DNA of 46,442 nucleotides. It comes from Gemmatimonadota bacterium (GTDB taxonomy: Bacteria; Gemmatimonadota; Gemmatimonadetes; Gemmatimonadales; GWC2-71-9). Location: NCBI GenBank assembly GCA_003221005.1, contig QHTZ01000082.1, positions 1-46,442 of the forward strand. The letters are read 5' to 3'. Position 1 is the stretch's first letter, and the number at the start of each line of letters is the position of its first letter. A program made the position numbers and the translations under genes. This document shows positions 44,338 through 46,442 of the stretch, piece after piece. The notes below the pieces were generated by a model, which saw only the letters and a list, made by a program, of their open reading frames with translations, was not told where the DNA came from and did no database searches.

Positions 44338-46170
44338 GTGCCGACGCTCCGCCAGCTTCTCGACGACGGCAAGGTGCACGTCCTCGACGGAGCCATGGGC
44401 ACGATGCTGTACTCGAAGGGCTTCTTCCTGAACGTCTGTTACGACGAGCTAAACCTGAAGCAGCCGAAGCTCGTCCAGGAAGTGCACGAGGCGTACGTGC
44501 GCGCCGGCGCCGAGATCCTCGAGACGAACACGTTCGGGGCGAATCCCGCGAAGCTCGCGAGCTACGGTCTCGCGGCGGAGACCGAGCGGATCAACCAGGC
44601 GGCGGCCGAGCTCGCCCGTAAGGCGGCGGCGGGCCGGGCCAGCGTCGTCGGCGCGATCGGGCCGTTGGGGCTGCGCATCGAGCCGTTCGGCCCGACCTCG
44701 CGCGAAGAGGCGTTCGCCTTCTTCCAGCGCCAGGCGAAGGGTCTCCTCGCAGGCGGCGTGGACGGATTCATCCTCGAGACGTTCTCCGACGTGGACGAGC
44801 TGCACGAGGGGCTGCGCGCGGTGCGCAGCCTGTCGGATCTTCCCGTCATCGCACAGATGACGATCGGCGACGACGGCCTCACCCATTACGGCACCGCTCC
44901 CGAGATCTTTACGAAACAGCTCGCCGAGTGGGGGGCGGATGTCATCGGGGTAAACTGTTCTGTGGGACCGGCGGGCGTGCTCGAGGCGGTCGAGAAGATG
45001 GTCAAGGTCACCGACCGCCCGATCTCCGCCGTGCCGAACGCAGGGCTGCCGAAGGACGTCGGCGACCGGAAGATTTACCTCGCTTCCCCCGAGTACATGG
45101 CGAGCTACGCGCGCCGCATGATCGAGGCGGGGGCGCGCATCGTGGGCGGGTGTTGCGGGACGACGCCCGAGCACATCAAGAAGATCCGCGACTACGTGGC
45201 GAGCGTGGTGCCGCGCCATCAGCCGGTGGTCGTATCGCGCGATGTGGTGGCCGCTCCCGCTGGCGTCGAGGCGGTGCCGCTCGCCGAGCGCTCGCGCTTC
45301 GGTACCAAGCTCGCGCGGCGCGAGCTCGTGACGAGCGTCGAGATCGTCCCGCCCAAGGGAGTGGATCCCGCGCCCATGTTCGCGCAGTGCCGGGCGCTCA
45401 AGGCGGCGGGGGTGGACGCCGTGAACGTCCCCGACGGGCCGCGGGCCCAGAGCCGCATGGGAGCCCTGCTGTCGTCGGTCATCATCGAGCGGGAGGTGGG
45501 GATCGAGACGGTCACGCACTACTCGTGTCGCGACCGGAATCTCCTCGGCATGCTCTCCGACGTGCTCGGCGCCTCGGCCGCGGGGCTGCGCAACATCCTC
45601 ATCATCACGGGCGATCCGCCGAAGATGGGGCCGTATCCGGACGCGACCGCCGTATTCGACATTGACGCGATCGGGCTCACGAACCTCGTCTACCGCCTCA
45701 ACCACGGGCTCGACCCCGGGGGGAATCCGATCGGCAAGCCGACACAATTCGCGATCGGCGTGGGGGTGAATCCCGCCGCGACCGATCTCGACCGCGAGCT
45801 GTCGCGCTTCGCCTGGAAGGTGGACGCGGGCGCCGACTTCGCGGTCACGCAGCCGGTGTTCGACATCGCGCAGCTCGAGAGCTTCCTCAATCGTGTGGAG
45901 CAGTTCCACATCCCGATCGTGGCGGGGATCTGGCCGCTCTTGTCACTCAGGAACGCCGAGTTCCTCGCGAACGAGGTGCCAGGCGTCTCCGTCCCCGATA
46001 CGGTGCTCGCGCGGATGCGGAAGGCGAGCGACGGTGGCAAGGATTCAGCGCTCGCCGAGGGTGTGAAGATCGCGCGCGAGATGTTCGCCCTCGTGAAACG
46101 GGATGTGCAGGGGATCCAGGTGAGCGCGCCGTTCGGGAAGGTGGAGGTGGCGCTGGAGGTGTTCAAGTAG
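44338..46170 (+). CDS. yitJ: Bifunctional homocysteine S-methyltransferase / 5,10-methylenetetrahydrofolate reductase
   Basis: LDGAMGTML, ETNTFGAN, GVNCSVGP, PNAGLP and GGCCGTTPEHI, then MTHFR motifs CRDRN, ITGDPP and TQPVFD. Confidence 0.93.
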   Translation: MPTLRQLLDDGKVHVLDGAMGTMLYSKGFFLNVCYDELNLKQPKLVQEVHEAYVRAGAEILETNTFGANPAKLASYGLAAETERINQAAAELARKAAAGRASVVGAIGPLGLRIEPFGPTSREEAFAFFQRQAKGLLAGGVDGFILETFSDVDELHEGLRAVRSLSDLPVIAQMTIGDDGLTHYGTAPEIFTKQLAEWGADVIGVNCSVGPAGVLEAVEKMVKVTDRPISAVPNAGLPKDVGDRKIYLASPEYMASYARRMIEAGARIVGGCCGTTPEHIKKIRDYVASVVPRHQPVVVSRDVVAAPAGVEAVPLAERSRFGTKLARRELVTSVEIVPPKGVDPAPMFAQCRALKAAGVDAVNVPDGPRAQSRMGALLSSVIIEREVGIETVTHYSCRDRNLLGMLSDVLGASAAGLRNILIITGDPPKMGPYPDATAVFDIDAIGLTNLVYRLNHGLDPGGNPIGKPTQFAIGVGVNPAATDLDRELSRFAWKVDAGADFAVTQPVFDIAQLESFLNRVEQFHIPIVAGIWPLLSLRNAEFLANEVPGVSVPDTVLARMRKASDGGKDSALAEGVKIAREMFALVKRDVQGIQVSAPFGKVEVALEVFK

Positions 46171-46180
46171 GAGGTCGTGA

Positions 46181-46442
46181 GTGGGTAAGCAGCGGTTGGA
46201 AGCGTTCAGCGACGGCGTCATCGCGATCATCATCACCGTCATGGTGCTGGAAATGAAGGTGCCGCAAGGAGCGGACCGCGCGGCCCTCCGGCCGCTTATT
46301 CCCGTGCTTCTGAGCTACGTGCTGAGCTTCGTCTTTCTCGGGATCTACTGGAGCAATCACCATCACCTGCTCCAGGCGGTGCGCCATGTCAACGGCCGGG
46401 TCCTGTGGGCGAACCTCCACCTCTTGTTCTGGCTGTCGTTGA
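46181..46442 (+). CDS. TMEM175/DUF1211 family potassium channel, 3'-truncated by window (not in ORF track)
   Basis: GGAGG SD and GTG start. Contains RLEAFSDGVIAIIITVMVLE, SYVLSF, YWSNHH and WANLHLLFWLSL. Confidence 0.92.
   Translation, partial: MGKQRLEAFSDGVIAIIITVMVLEMKVPQGADRAALRPLIPVLLSYVLSFVFLGIYWSNHHHLLQAVRHVNGRVLWANLHLLFWLSL

Noticed and set aside
46163-46420. 85-aa minus-strand ORF
   Set aside because: Antisense to the clear TMEM175 reading frame on the plus strand.

Overview
This is a high-GC bacterial chromosomal core region. Gene content and repeat style suggest a Gemmatimonadota-like organism, but that is inference only. About 40 densely packed genes are supported, in this order: tsaD (3' part), lgt, a cytochrome c-FTR1 permease, a dmpA/nlpC/HAD/CYTH/acpS operon, a tamA-tamB-lipid kinase-sigma54 activator-Zn-finger operon, a ferredoxin-NADP reductase, pduO-aroB, a sigma70 factor, LON-N-glcDEF-ygfZ, a GH38-like protein, an AAA ATPase and vWA pair, a frameshifted MFS transporter, Spy/CpxP, a Kgd-type fused sucA, yggT-yggU, cydAB, a SAM-II riboswitch-led yitJ, and TMEM175 (5' part). 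I saw no tRNA, rRNA, CRISPR array, transposase or integrase. The most notable non-gene signals are: (1) about a dozen short elements built of 7-, 8- or 10-nt tandem units, mostly as inverted pairs, found at gene ends and also in frame inside glcD, glcF, sucA, cydA and cydB; (2) a DnaA-box cluster with an AT-rich tract upstream of the sigma factor, near a gene-orientation switch (oriC candidate); (3) strong enrichment of the Bacteroidota-type O-glycosylation sequon in exported proteins; (4) a GH38 lacking expected catalytic Asp residues and preceded by a structured uORF leader; (5) an in-frame deletion in cydA; (6) a SAM-II aptamer coupled to a terminator. All motif counts and coordinates were read by eye.
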